Under the pieces are notes generated by a model, which was given only the letters and a program-made list of their open reading frames with translations, made no database searches and had not been told where the DNA came from. A stretch of 61,987 bases of DNA, counting the filler, from Choristocarpus tenellus KU-1152 (lineage: Eukaryota > Protista > Phaeophyceae), in assembly GCA_964200185.2 (NCBI GenBank). It is 9 parts of 9 records of this genome, joined end to end, with 100 filler letters (N's around TTAATTAATTAA, not from the genome) between each part and the next. Parts side by side here need not be neighbours in the genome. Positions count along the whole stretch, not along the records: positions 30,830 to 34,135 come from CAXNAD020020912.1; positions 34,236 to 47,514 come from CAXNAD020001539.1; 7 more parts are not named here. The stretch is one strand, 5' to 3'. The translations under genes and the position numbers were made by a program. This document shows, piece after piece, positions 30,830 through 44,000 of this stretch (its first letter is position 1; each line of letters starts with the position of its first letter).

Positions 30830-32056
30830 AGGGGGGCACTGGGGTGTGGTGCACATGGTGCAGCATCGCAATGCTGCAGGTCTGTCTCAGGCACTGGCAA
30901 GAGGCTTTGGAATTAAGGTGTGGAGTGTTAGGGTCCCTATTCTGAAGGCTCTGGAGGCTATTGTGGGGAAGAGCTATGCTCCTGTTCATTCTGGGTTAGA
31001 CAGGAGAGGAGGAAGGGGGGAGGGAGGGATTGGGGCAGCATCGGTCATCACAGGAGCTTTGCTTGCAGATGTAGTGAGGACTGCTGAGGAGGGTGCAAAG
31101 GATGCCAAGTACTCTCAGGTGAAGCAATGGTTGTACCAAGGTCACTGCTTGGACATTGAATAACGCTCCTATTCTTCCTTGTTGCTCTTCACCATTATAG
31201 AAATTAGTTTTATCTATGCTAATGAGAATTGACCATGCGTATGCATTGGAAGGTGGTATAGGTTGCTGACATGAGTCACCAGTACATCGATAGTAGGTGT
31301 GGGGCATATTCCCCTGTCATCAGGGTTAGAGATCTGACATACTTTTATCTACTTTTTGGATGGAGTTTGGGTGCAGATTTGGATATTTTGAATCAATGCA
31401 CGAGGCCATTCGTTCAGGTGGAGCATCATATTTCGTTGGATGAGGGATATGACAACATGTATATAGCGAAGAGGTCCTGTGAAAGTGGTGAAAGTGGTGA
31501 AAGAGGTTGTCTGTGCTTCTGCACTTTTTTTTTCTGAATTGTAATCTTGAGTCCTTGAAAGGACCACTACTGAAGAGCTGTGGGGTATGACCTTCCAACA
31601 ACGTCAGAATTGAAAGCCCTTTCATATACCATGACCTTGCGGTGTCCATCTTCTCCTTCTCAATGTGCATATGGCAACTGCATGAGACTGTAAACCTCTC
31701 CACAAGTGCTTCTAGTTGTCCACCCCCTTTTGCTGCTTCCACCTCCATTCATCCTTCCTATAACCCTGCTTACTTTTACCCTCACCCCCAACCATGTCTA
31801 TCCCTAAACTCATCCATCATTTAGAATCATTACTGACATCCCCATCCTGCTCTACTGCACCCTGCTGTGCCCCCAGGTTCGAGCAGCTGCCATGTCAGTT
31901 GTCTTGACACTAACCACACGAAACGAGCTCCGCCTAACTCTCACCCCCCATAAGGAGGGGCTTGTTGAGGTTACTAGGATGGGGGTGGAGGATGCTGAGC
32001 CAAGGGTAGCTGCCCTAAGTAGCAAGGTAATGCAAAAGCTTGCCTGGTGGCCATAA
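30830..32056 (+). CDS. 3' end (last two exons) of a HEAT/ARM-repeat protein, possibly ECM29-like proteasome adaptor
   Basis: Exon <30830-31118 (...VWSVRVPILKALEAIVGK...EEGAKDAKYSQ, donor CAG|gtgaag) joins in phase to exon 31877-32056 (cag|VRAAAMSVVLTL...EDAEPRVAALSSKVMQKLAWWP*). The D-x-x-x-x-V-R-x-A-A and EDAEPRV patterns are HEAT-like. The 5' part is cut off by a spacer. The ECM29 assignment is inference. Confidence 0.6.
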
Positions 32057-35054
32057 TGATAGGAGATGGATAGTTGAGATCTGGTTGGACGGAGTGGAAG
32101 GCTGATGGGGTGGAGGAAAGTGGCGAGGAAGGGATCCATGGATTCTTGTGTTTTTATTCTATTATTCCTATAGTTGTTTCGTGAATGCCACGGGGTGGCG
32201 ATAGCTAATTCTCCAGAGCAGGTCATACTTGGAAAACTTGCATTGGAGTGCTCTGTACAGTAGCTGCCTGCATTTACCATTTCCCTTTTTCGTGTGTCCC
32301 AGATACCTTAAATGAGTAATACCATCTAAGTAGGGGGTGCTGTTGGGTTGTTTGGGTCACTATGACTGCCTTAAGGTGTACATGTTTAGAGCACTGAGAG
32401 CACTTTTGGTTAACAATGTGTTCACAGCTGATCTTTTACAGTCACACCCTCCATTTGGAGGGTTAACTGCTTTTCAGGCATTGGCATCGTGTATATTACA
32501 CAATTTTTGAAGAGGTCTTGAAATGTAAAAAAGGTCAAAATCCCCACGCTTCTTAGATAGCTTCAATGGTTATAAATGCCTCCTTATGATTATGCTACAT
32601 ATTTGTACTCCAAGTTGTTGGCATTGCAGAAGGATGAGATGAGGATGTTGTGCAAGAGCTTCACAGATCAAGGAGGGTAAGGAGTGAAGGTATAGGTTGG
32701 GATGCAGGATTATTTTTGAGGTAGTTTTGGTCAATTGCCTTCCAAGCAATTGAGGAAAAAATGTGAGTAATTATGATGTAATAGTGCTCTGGGTGAATGG
32801 AATGCTGTGTGTTGTTGATACTGCTCGAATTACACTTTCATTTGATGTAACTGACTTTTAAGTTTGGACCATCAGCTTAAATGATGCAGACTGGTATATA
32901 ATTTGTTTCTATACTTCCACTGATTGACCCCACCACAAACACATTGCCTGTGTTACACCTTCCTTGTACTCCTTTTGCTTTCTTCATTTATGTATATCTA
33001 GGGAGGTTGTAGAAGAGGTAGAGGTTAAAGGAAATGCTGTTTGTGTTCTACATTGAGTATCATCTTGTCAAAGTTAGAAGCCCCAAAAACAGGATGGTGG
33101 CATGGATGGATTGCCGTTTGCTTAGAGCCAAAGTGCAGACAGAAGAGCTATGAAAACTTTGTGGTTTGGACAAGAACTTGTGTACGAACATCACATACTG
33201 CTACGGCGCGTCTCTTTAGCTTTAAAGCAGATGCCTACACCTACAGAGCAACAAAAACATGAATACTGTGATACGTGGTCTGATTTTTCAAATGACCAAG
33301 ATTTTTTCGCTTTGCATGTTGTGATGTGACGTTACATGCTACGGCTACAGAAGACTAGAAGCACGTTCATCTCAGTATTCTTGCTTTTTGTATTGCCAGT
33401 GTGTAGGTACACACTTACTCAGACCATCTATTTGGTGTACTGCATGATGCGAGCTGTACAAGAAGTCTGTCCTAATTCTAGAGTAGGGTAGTCATCCGAA
33501 AATGAAGAAGTCACTCACAACTGGTGCCAGATGTAAGAACTCACGGCAAACAGTAGTACTTGGAAGTAGTGTGGATTTACAATATGCTAGAGTAGTCAAT
33601 AACGGTACAAACACTTCATGCATCTCCACCATTTACTTCTACCAATCGTATCCATACTGTCACGTGCTCATGTAGATGGATGTCAGACAAAGAGAATACA
33701 AAGAACAGAATTTTCGGAGTATAATATGCAAATATGTTACTGGTGCACTATTAATTCGTTTACTACAATGTACTTGATACATACCACTACTGAATAATAT
33801 ATTGAGAATGTGATCCTACTGCTGCCTCTCCAGCCCAATCTAGATTGGCTAGCAGACATAGCATTGAAGGCGGTCTCTCACAAAGGAAGAGTAACACGGG
33901 TCTGTCAGACTCCCATCCGTCCTGCAGAGAAGGCATCTCCAGCGTGTCACAACTTCAAAATAATCTGACAAAAAAGAATTATGATGGCAGCAAAGTAATT
34001 TTGATATAATATTTTTGCACGGATCTACCTTACAGCTAATTAGAATATGTTTATTGTGTCACTGTTTATACTCCACAGTTAACAGCCTCTCAGCAAAATT
34101 GAGGATGGAGCATACTATGGAGGATGGGTTTGACCNNNNNNNNNNNNNNNNNNNNNNNNNNNNNNNNNNNNNNNNNNNNTTAATTAATTAANNNNNNNNN
34201 NNNNNNNNNNNNNNNNNNNNNNNNNNNNNNNNNNNGGGGGGGGGGGGGGGGGGGGGGGTTTTTTTTTTTTTTTTTTTTTTCAAATCCCTCTCTGAGCTGA
34301 TGTCTCTGTGGTGATGTGTCTCTACTCTAGGCAGTTTTGTTGTGCCTTTTTTATTTTTATTTTTATTTTTATTTTTATTTTTATTTTTATTTCTCTTTTT
34401 TTGTTTATTTATTTTATTTATTTTGGGCAACTCTAACCGAGAGTTGCGGGTTGATCTTCAAGTTGAAGTACACGAGGTTGTGGTGTCTACCACGGGACTG
34501 GGACCCCTAAGACCGATGTGATGCATGCGTGTCGATGAATGATGCGCTACTAGGTAGAGGTGTAGTAAGTAGTAGTATTAATAGCGTTTTGTAGTAGAGT
34601 CAATAGTGTCCATATCCCTCATCTATCTTTTGAATACTACACTGGGAATCCGGTGTTTCCTCTCCTTTTTTTTCCCTCCGATTTTTTTGTGGTATCGCCC
34701 CTTGAGTCAGAAGTTTAGTCAGAAGTTTAGTCAGAAGTTTCCGTTGACTGCGTGCGCAACCGCATTCTCACTCGACGGCCATTCCCAGCCTTCGTACTTA
34801 CTACTTCTATTACTGATGTTATCATAATTATTATTGATATTATTTTTATTGTCATTATATTATTATTAATATCATTATTGTTGTCGTTGTTATATTATTA
34901 TTATTATTATTGTTGTCATTATACTATTGTTATCATTGTTATATTATTGTTGATGTAATTATTATTTTTATTATTATTGTCATTATATTATTATTACTAT
35001 TATTACTATTATTTATTTCCTCAGTGTAGTCTGGCCTATGTTATGCCTCCATAG

Positions 35055-38000
35055 GTGTCTTCGGCCAATGTTCCGAGTGCGGGCCGTGCTCTACCAAGTG
35101 GACGCCCCCCAGTGGTGGCGAAGTACAGCACCTCCACCTCCACTTCCAGCTATTCTGGTGGCAATGATGACAGCAAGGTTTGCTTGGGTCTGGGCTATGT
35201 TTGTTATACATTAGGATTTTTGCCAAGAATGTTGTGTTGAGACTCACTCCCTCAGAGCCCTGTGTGTGTATTTGAGAGTGTGTGTGTGTGTAGAGTAAAA
35301 AAAAATAGGGTCGAAGTGATTGGTATTATTTTTTTCTTTTTTTTCTTTTGAAGATTCACAAATAATCAAGGTCATATCCTACCTCCTCACACACACACAA
35401 CACACACAACACACATGTGCTCTATCTCTATCTCTCTCTCTCCATATATATATATCTCTCTCTCCTGCCCCCTTTTTTTGTTCATGCCATTCAGTGTAGG
35501 TCACCTTAAATATGATACACATTGGATACACACTCTGGTATTGACCATAAATGACTTTTACTCTACTCCTATGCTCCTAGTTTTTGCAAGCCTGAATTTC
35601 TCCCTGTTTTTCCTTTCTCTTCAATTTTTTTTTTTGATGAATGTGAAATGTGATAAAACTTGGTGGTGGTTTGATCCTGCGAGAGCAGGAGGGCATCAAG
35701 GTGCGACTTGAAAGTCAGGGTGAGATCAGCCATCTCGATACGTTTGGGTCGTCCTCAGAGAAACAGTACACGTCGGACGAGGATGGGCAAAGGCGCCTTC
35801 AGGGGGTGAGCATGTTTAATTTTTTAAAAAAAATTATTTAATTATTTGTTTTCCTCCCCTTTTTTTTGTTGCGTTGTGTGTACGAGTTGATTTTTGTGTT
35901 CTTACTCTTCATTATTGTGGTTGCAGTCAGTTTGTGGTTAAGTTTGTTCTTTATCGTATCGCTTCCTGCCCTTGTGTTAGAGTTAGGGTGATCCAGGTGG
36001 GACTACTGCTCTGCTGACGGCACTAACCCTAATCCTAACTGCTCCTGTCGGATTAGAGTGCAGAAGCGGCGGTGATGTGGAGTAGTATTTTTTATTTTTT
36101 GTGTATTTTTTGTTGCGTTTTTATGAGCTGGTCAATGTTGTCGCTTATAAATAGTCTTTTTTTTTTCTCTCCATTTTCGTGTGCTGTGCTAAGGCTCAAC
36201 ATCTTGGGGGGGGGGGGGGGGGGGGGGGGGTGGCAGGTGTCCATTTGGTGCCAATTTTGTCCACATTGCGATTTTTGTAAGATTTGCTTGCATACGTTGA
36301 TGGATAATGATTGTGCAATCTCCCGGTTACGGACCAAATGGACATCCTGGTGTAGAAGCGCTCCGCCCCCCCCCCCCCCCCCCCCCCCCCGCCACCCCTA
36401 CTTCACACCCTCCTCCTCGCGCCAGCAGAAAATCCGCGTTGGGGCGGGCGTCCCCCCCCCCCCCCCCCCCCCCCCCAGATACTCTGGGTCTAATTTTTTT
36501 CATGTTGTGCTTTTTGTACGGTAGGTAGATGGGGATTGTTGTAATACAGGCGCTTTTGAAAGAGGTCCTACAATCAAGCCACAGCTATCCCTCACTTACT
36601 CTCCCTGAGCACCTGCCCCTCCACCCCTGTCACCTCCACCCCCTGAACATCACTGCGCTGGCTGGCGGATAAACTTCACCGTGGACTTGACCTGACCGCC
36701 CCTGCTCTTGCCTTCCTCTTCCTCTTCCTCTTCCTCTTCCTCTTCCTCTTCCTCTTCCTCTTCCTCTTCCTCTTCCTCTTACTGATGTTTTGAGTCAGTC
36801 GAATGCGGCTAGGGAAGATTCCTTCCGGCGGGGTTCGTCAGTCCCTGTCCCCTTGCATCCAGATCTTGCCAAAGCCCTGTCCTCTGATGAGCAGGCCAGG
36901 CGGCGTGAGGCGGTGCAGCAGATTGAGGCCAGGCGAACCCCCTCGGAGCTCCTTTCGCAGCAGGGGTATGCTGGATCAGGGGAAGGGGCTACTGTGAGAG
37001 AGGGTGATGTTTTGTCTTCGCTTTCCCCATCACAAAACGACCCTACGAGCAGTAGTAGTGGGGGGATGGGGGGGGCGATGGAGGGTTTCATAGCCAGCAT
37101 TGGGACGTTCTTCTCGAGGAGTGCGTCAACTGAGGAGCGTAGTTTGGCTGTGCCGCCTGGAGAATCGGTTTCAGTGCAGGCTGATGATAAGAAAGCTGGG
37201 GATGGTTTTGGGGTGATGGGGGAGGAGGGGGGCGGGGTGGGGGAGGGTCATGGGGCGGTAGTGATGGAGGAGGGTTTTGGTACACAGGTGAGGGGGCTGA
37301 AGGGGGATGATGATGGAGAGGGGCGGGGAGATGGGGTTGGGATGGGATTGGGTGTGGGTGTGGGTGCAGGTTTGGCTGGTGCTGGTGCTGGTGCTGTGGT
37401 TGTGGAGCGTGGTGGTGGGATTGCAGTGCCGGCGTCGAGATCGGATGAGGTATGTGTGGATGGTGATATGGAGGTGTTTGTGTGTGTGTGTGGTGTTTGT
37501 GGTGTTTGTTTAGGTTAGTCGTTGGAAGTGTGTTGAAATATTGTTGGTTGTGTTTTGTTCTATATAAGCAGTGGTTATGTATGTTGGTATTAAGTGATGT
37601 TTTTTGTTGTTGGGATTTGTCGTTTTTTTGTGTTTTTTTTTAAATGTTTTTAATGTTTATTTTATTTATGTGTGTTATGTTTTGTTTGGTTGCAAGTCAA
37701 GCTGAAAAATTAGTGTGTTTGATGGAAAGGGAAGGGAGTAATTCCTGTGAAGGGAGTAATTCCTGGGTGGTGTTTTGTGGACCTGTAAGGGATGTTTTTT
37801 CATGTGTCTATGCATTGTGTCTTTGATGTCTTTGATATGGGAATGCTGCCACAATGGGGTGAATTTTTTTTTTTCTTCTGAGATTGGTAGATGAAGAGAT
37901 GAATGATCGGATAGAGGAGTGAGTTAGGGGAATGGGGCTCTGACTATTGACATGGGCTCTCGCTGTAGGTGTTGTTTGTGGGTGTACATTAAGTAAATCA

Positions 38001-41000
38001 AAACAAAAGTACGATATAGTTTTTAGGGTATTGATTGGAATTGGTTACTGTGTGTGCCCCAAATGTTGGAAAATGTGGGTGGTGGAAAGACTGTTCTGTG
38101 ATGCTCCCGCCCACAACCTCCTAAACTGAGAGTTTGATTTTTTAATGATTCTTAAAAAAAAAATCAGAGTGTTGGTGAGATGCAGCGTGGTCGGTTTACA
38201 TCCACGGAGACAAAGGAGTATTCAGAAAAGGTGGATCGCATCTTTGAGGTAAGGGTTGGGTGGGGTATGTTGATTGGTTTCTGTAGTATTGGATGATGTA
38301 GGATGTGTATGGATTGACCTGTGTAATGGTGGGTGGTGTATATTGATTGGCCTTTGTGGTATTGGATGATGTAGGATGTGTATGGATTGACCTTTGTAAT
38401 GGTGGGTGGTATATATTGATTGACCTCTGTAGTATTGAATGGTGTGTATGGATTGACCTTTGTAATGATTGGTGATGTATATTGCTTGACCTCTGTAGTA
38501 TTGAATGATGTATATGGATTGACCTTTGTAATGATTGGTGATGTATATTGCTTGACCTTTGTAGTATTGGATGATGTGTATGTATTGACCTTTGTAATGG
38601 TGGGTGGTATATATTGATTGACCTCTGTAGTATTGAATGGTGTGTATGGATTGACCTTTGTAATGATTGGTGATGTATATTGATTGACCTCTGTAGTATT
38701 GAATGATGTATATGGATTGACCTTTGTAATGATTGGTATGTATATTGATTGACCTCTGTAGTGAGTATAATATATTGTGATTACTACTAGCCTGGGGTCA
38801 CTATCAGGTAAAGTGAGGTGCATTGGTTGGTGGTGGATGTATGAATTTTGTAGTAATTATTTATGCCAGGTGATTTTCCTTTGAGATAGATATTTTTGTT
38901 GATGAGGTATTGTTTTCTGTCATCCATATAGCTCTGTTCCATCAAGGATGAGCCGTATGTATGCACTGGGGCTTTACATGAAAGGTGAAGGCGTTTTGGA
39001 TCTTGGTGCGACATGTAGCTCTTTAAATGTGGAAGTAATCGTGCATCTAAACAAACACATAAATATGAAAAAAAGTGTATGCCCCAAGAATGAAGTATTT
39101 GTGTGATTTTTTTTCAACCTTTTTTTAAGGTACACTCCCTCTTATCGTTTAGAAATAGGGGGGAAAAAATGTATGTTTTTCCGATTCACTTAAAAAAAAG
39201 GTCCTACTAGACAGTGTATTTTGTTGGTAGAATTGCAAGGCCAGGTATATTTTGCTAGCGATATTATTTTTTCACTACATACATTATGTATGGTGTTCCC
39301 TTTCTCACTGCCTATCCCAGCCCTTTCGTTGACAGTTTATTTTATTTGTCTTCCTGTTTGGGAAAATTCTTTGTGGAGATGGGTCAGAAGCAGGTGGCGA
39401 TGGTGAATCAGATGTAATTTGTTTTTGCGAGACCCTCATGATGATGGTTTTGGATGCGCGGATGTTTGTTTTGATTGGAGTACCTGTGCAACACAAAAAG
39501 ATGGGGGGGGTTGTTTTGCCCCTCCCCTGCTGATCTCGCTTCTTTTTTCTTTCTATTTTTTTGGGTGTATGTGTTGCGCTGTGTGTGTGTGTGTGGAAAA
39601 GGACATTGACAAAGAGGATCCGAGTGCAGAAATGCTTCCCATGTCGGAACTCCTGCACAGGGCTGAGCTCGAGGACCAACGCCTGAGTGCTAACATGGAA
39701 GCTGGTGTGAAGGTGAGTGGGTGTGAAAGGGAGAGAGGAGAGAGAGAGAGAGAGAGAGGCAGAAAATATTTTCTGCTGTGTGTGCTCACTGTGTCACCCA
39801 GGAGGTTTTGTTTATTTTTTTTTTTGTGCTTGTTTGGACTATGATATAGTTAATGTTAACAGTTTAAGTGAATTACAACTGTGGTGTTGGAGGAGGCGGG
39901 GGGGGAGGAGGGGGAGGGAGGCCGCAGATGTGTTTTTTATGTGGGGGTGGTTTTATGTGCATATATCTGATGATTAGATATTCTTTTGATAAGTAGTTTT
40001 GTGTTTAAATTTGTATTCATATGCGATGAGAGAAAAGTATCTAAATCGTCGTGTTGTACATGAGATCCCCTGACTGAAAGAGATCTTGCCCCTCCCCCTC
40101 CCCGTCCCCCTCCCCCTCCCCCCCGCCCCTGCTTCCTGTTTGCCCCCCCCATCATCCCCACCATATTTTTACTCTCCTGTTCAAATTTTTTTAATAGCCT
40201 TCTTCACCGCTTCCGAGCATCCAAGTGATGAGGGGACCTAAGAGGGAGTCCACTTCTGAAGATATGCCTCCGGCGGCGGCATCTGTAGCTGCCATGGCCG
40301 CTGAGCAGCACTTGACTGCCTTGGGGGTAACAACTGAAGGGTTGACCCTTGCTGAGTTGCTGAGGAATGCAGAGGTGAGGTGCTTTTTGGCATGGATGGG
40401 TAGTGTTTATTTGTTAGGATAGTTAATTTAGTTTTTTTTTTGACACGTGTGTTGATTTTTTACCCTGGTGGTGGATGGATGTCTCTTGCGTGATGGGTCT
40501 GAAGTTTTGTTTCTATGTTTTGGTGGATTCTTGAGTTACGTTGATTATTGATGTGTAGGGTGTCTATATGTGTGTGTGTGTGTGTTAAAAAAAAATTATT
40601 TTTAGTTATTTTGTAGAGGGGGTGGTGCTTTATGTGTTGCTGTGTTTTTGTCTGTTAGGGAATTTTTTTGTCTTGATTGGTTGTGTGACTAGGTGTGATG
40701 GTTACAAGCACTCTGTTGTCGGATTGGTCTTGGTCTAGGATGTCTGTTTTGTGATAGTGAGTTGTCGCTGTGGTTCCACAGGAGGTGTTTGGTTGCATCT
40801 AGAAGGATTAACCCCGATGTTGCAACAGTAGTTAATTTTTTCTTATTTCTTTGGGCATGTGCTTCTGACTGATGACTGATCAACTTGAAAACAACCTTTA
40901 GCTTTTCTTGAGTCAGAGATGTCACTTGAGGTTCAATATATGGTGACAGTAATGATTTATAGTTCAGAAGGTTAGGCTTCAATACAGCAAGTACCCAGGG

Positions 41001-44000
41001 ATCATGGAATTCGTTGCTTTAACAGAAGAAAGGTTGATTATGCATGCAGCACAGTGGAAGTCTTGCGGAAGGTGTAAAAGATGAAGAGCTGCTTGTGTGG
41101 GTGGGGGCGTAATTTGAATAAGTGCCTAAGTATTTGATAGGGGGGTGGATATATGTCCCCATGTTGTTAAGGGGCTTGTAAATGTCTCTGCCCATCACCC
41201 CCATCTACTGCGAACACCTGAGTTCTGATTGCCCTTGCTCGGACGGAGTCGGTGGTTGTAGCAAGAAAAAGATAGACTTTATGGACGTTCTTGTAACTGG
41301 ATAGGAGGATATAGGGGTTCAAAGATTTGAGTGACAAAGTAGTTGCCGAGAAACCCCTTTAATGACAGCACCCCCCATCTAGGGCATTTTTGGTTCCCAA
41401 TGTATTTTTCTTCAAGTACTGTAGTGGAGGATGTAGATAGGGTTAGGGTTGGGTCAAAGAATCTCTGGGAGGTGGGGGGGGGTCTACACTAGGCTGGCTG
41501 TCCATTCAGGCACAAACCAGGAGAAGTGCACTTACATCTATCCATCTGATGCATGCAACCAAATCACTCCAAAATTGTGACGTGGAAAAATGGGCCCTGA
41601 ATGGATAGTCGCTCCCCGATTGGATTGTTTGAGCCGTTTTCTGTACTAGTGGTAGACAGTCTCATGGCTGAAGGGAGTTGCCTGCTGTCCCCCCTAGTCC
41701 TGGCTCTTCTGACGATTTTGCCTGACATCCGATTGCTTTATTGTTATAACAGAACATGGGCATGAGTCTGGAGGACTTGGAAGCGGGGATGATCTCGCAG
41801 GACACGCCGTCGCCCGTTGTAGCTACCCCTCCCCCACTGATTCGTCCGGGTGTCGGCTCCTCGTCGAGGCGTTCGTACAGGCAGAGTTCTCAGCTGACAT
41901 CCTCGGGATCACATTCTTATGTGTCCAGGTGGGAAGGGTGTGAGGAAGGGGTTCAATATTTATGTTGATATTTGAATGTGTGTGTGTTTTTTTTTGAGGT
42001 TGATAGGGTTATGATGTGCTGTTCATGGATTTATATTGGTAGGAAATTGAGTGGTTTGATCTGGTGAAGAGTTAATTAATATTGATATATGTGTTGATGT
42101 TTGAAATGTTTTTGCTAATGTAAGGTTGAAAAAAGGGCCATAAGACACTCTGGAAGAAAGGACATTTGCACATCTAGAAAATTCTACTGTTGTTGGTCTT
42201 TTTTGAAAGGGTAGGAGTTTAGTAAATTATTTTTTTGTTTTTCATTTTTTGTATAGAGCTATGTGGTACAATGGTCTGCAGAACAGTAGTAGAAGTGTAC
42301 CTTGGATTGTTAGACTCAATAGCAGCATATGGTTGTATCAGGTCTTTTTTAGACCCTTATCTTTTAATGCACTCTATGAAGGTCATCGATTATGTCAGCA
42401 TGAGGTGCAGTGAACTGCTGACTGAAACCGTCTCTCATTCATATTACCACCTTTTGATGGAAATATTGCTCCAGGTTAGGGTTAGCAGTTCTTGATGAAA
42501 ATGGTCCCATGCACGGGATCATTTTATGTCATCATCCTTGTCGCCATTTTGACCCTGTCTATATTTTGATGCATCAGAGTCTACAACATGAAAATAACAA
42601 TGTACACCAAAGCACAAGGGCTACACTGGTTGCGACATGAGAGCTTTTAATATCTAAGTGGCTGAGTAGTCCGCTTTTTCTTCCAAGGCACGTTTTAGAG
42701 TGCTAATGTTTTTATATTTTGTTTTCTTATATGTGAGAGTGAAGTTCTGTGGTTGACTAGGAGTTGTTTTGGAATATGTAGTAGGTGTGGGTCAGTTGGT
42801 TGACACTGTATTGTACCTGCACACCTTAAGGATTGTGGCCATTTCGAAACCGATTATATGTGAAGAACTGGGAAATGGCCACTTGCCTTTTCACTTCTCT
42901 TCTAAGTGTCCATCTTTGACTTGACCGCCCTATCTTCTCGTCCCTCCTTTCCAAATCCAAATGTGGTTATCATATCTCTTCCGTTTGATCCAAAAGAGTG
43001 CGTCCGCTTGTTTTGGCCTGTTTCACAGTGATGATTGGCGACAAGCATTTCAGTCTGGAAGAGTGCTTTTTTAACTGTTATTTGTACTCTCAAGAGTGGG
43101 ATGTTACGTTTTCTTTTTCGTTGTCGTGCCAAATATTCTTCCCCCTCCCAAATGGCAACCTTTTCAATGTAGGGGAAAAGGGAGCACCTTTTCCACAAAC
43201 AAGAACCCTCTCTATACATCCTGATTGGCGATAACTGAGGGCTTGAGGTATACATGACTTGGAGATGGTTATCATATTCTTTCGAAAGAAAAAATAATAC
43301 ACTTTCGATATGGGGGTATAATATTTGATTTGTGATTGAGAGAACAATATTAGGTGTGTACACATAGAGATATCTTTGTGGTACATCAGGAAATGGTAGA
43401 GCAAGATCATTTTAAACTCCGACGTACGTGATTTCGTTTGGAATACTTATTTCTTTGATGTGGAAGATTGAGTGGGAAGTATCTTTCGGTACAATAGTGT
43501 AGTAAGTAAAAGGGTTAATTATGTCGTATGTTTCGGGATATCATTTAATGGTTCTTCCTAGCTTCATGTGGCATACATTCTACTGTTTATACCAACATAA
43601 CAATGTATTTAGAGTACGAAGGGGTACGATATAGTTGTAATCTGTAATAAAGATATCAGATAATTCTAACTCCTATAATGTTATTCCTCTCACCCATTTG
43701 CTCTTAACGATTTTTTACTGGCTCAGAAATCATTGAAACCTTTTTAGAAGTAATGTGGAGTTTAGATATCGATTTCCTCCGATTTGTTGAATCATACTGA
43801 TTTAGTGTGTTACACAATCTAAAACGTACTTCGTAATTGAATCGATTCTCGATCTTTTTAGTTTAAATATATTTTTCCCCTCAAGAAAATGTACATACTT
43901 GTTGGAGGTCGATGACAGGTAGGACTACCAATAAGGAGTTATGTGGCAACCAAGTGAACCAAAAAGGGGGCACTATCTCAGACGAAGGCATTGTGATGAA

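Noticed and set aside
36206-36476. Long G and C homopolymers as G-quadruplex elements or polyproline ORFs
   Set aside because: They are expanded runs within a MITE, and homopolymer lengths are unreliable in this assembly, where several contigs end in G/C-rich runs.
38164-38823. 219-aa minus-strand ORF with 21-aa Thr-rich repeats
   Set aside because: A 63-bp minisatellite antisense within a host intron, with no coding evidence outside the repeat.
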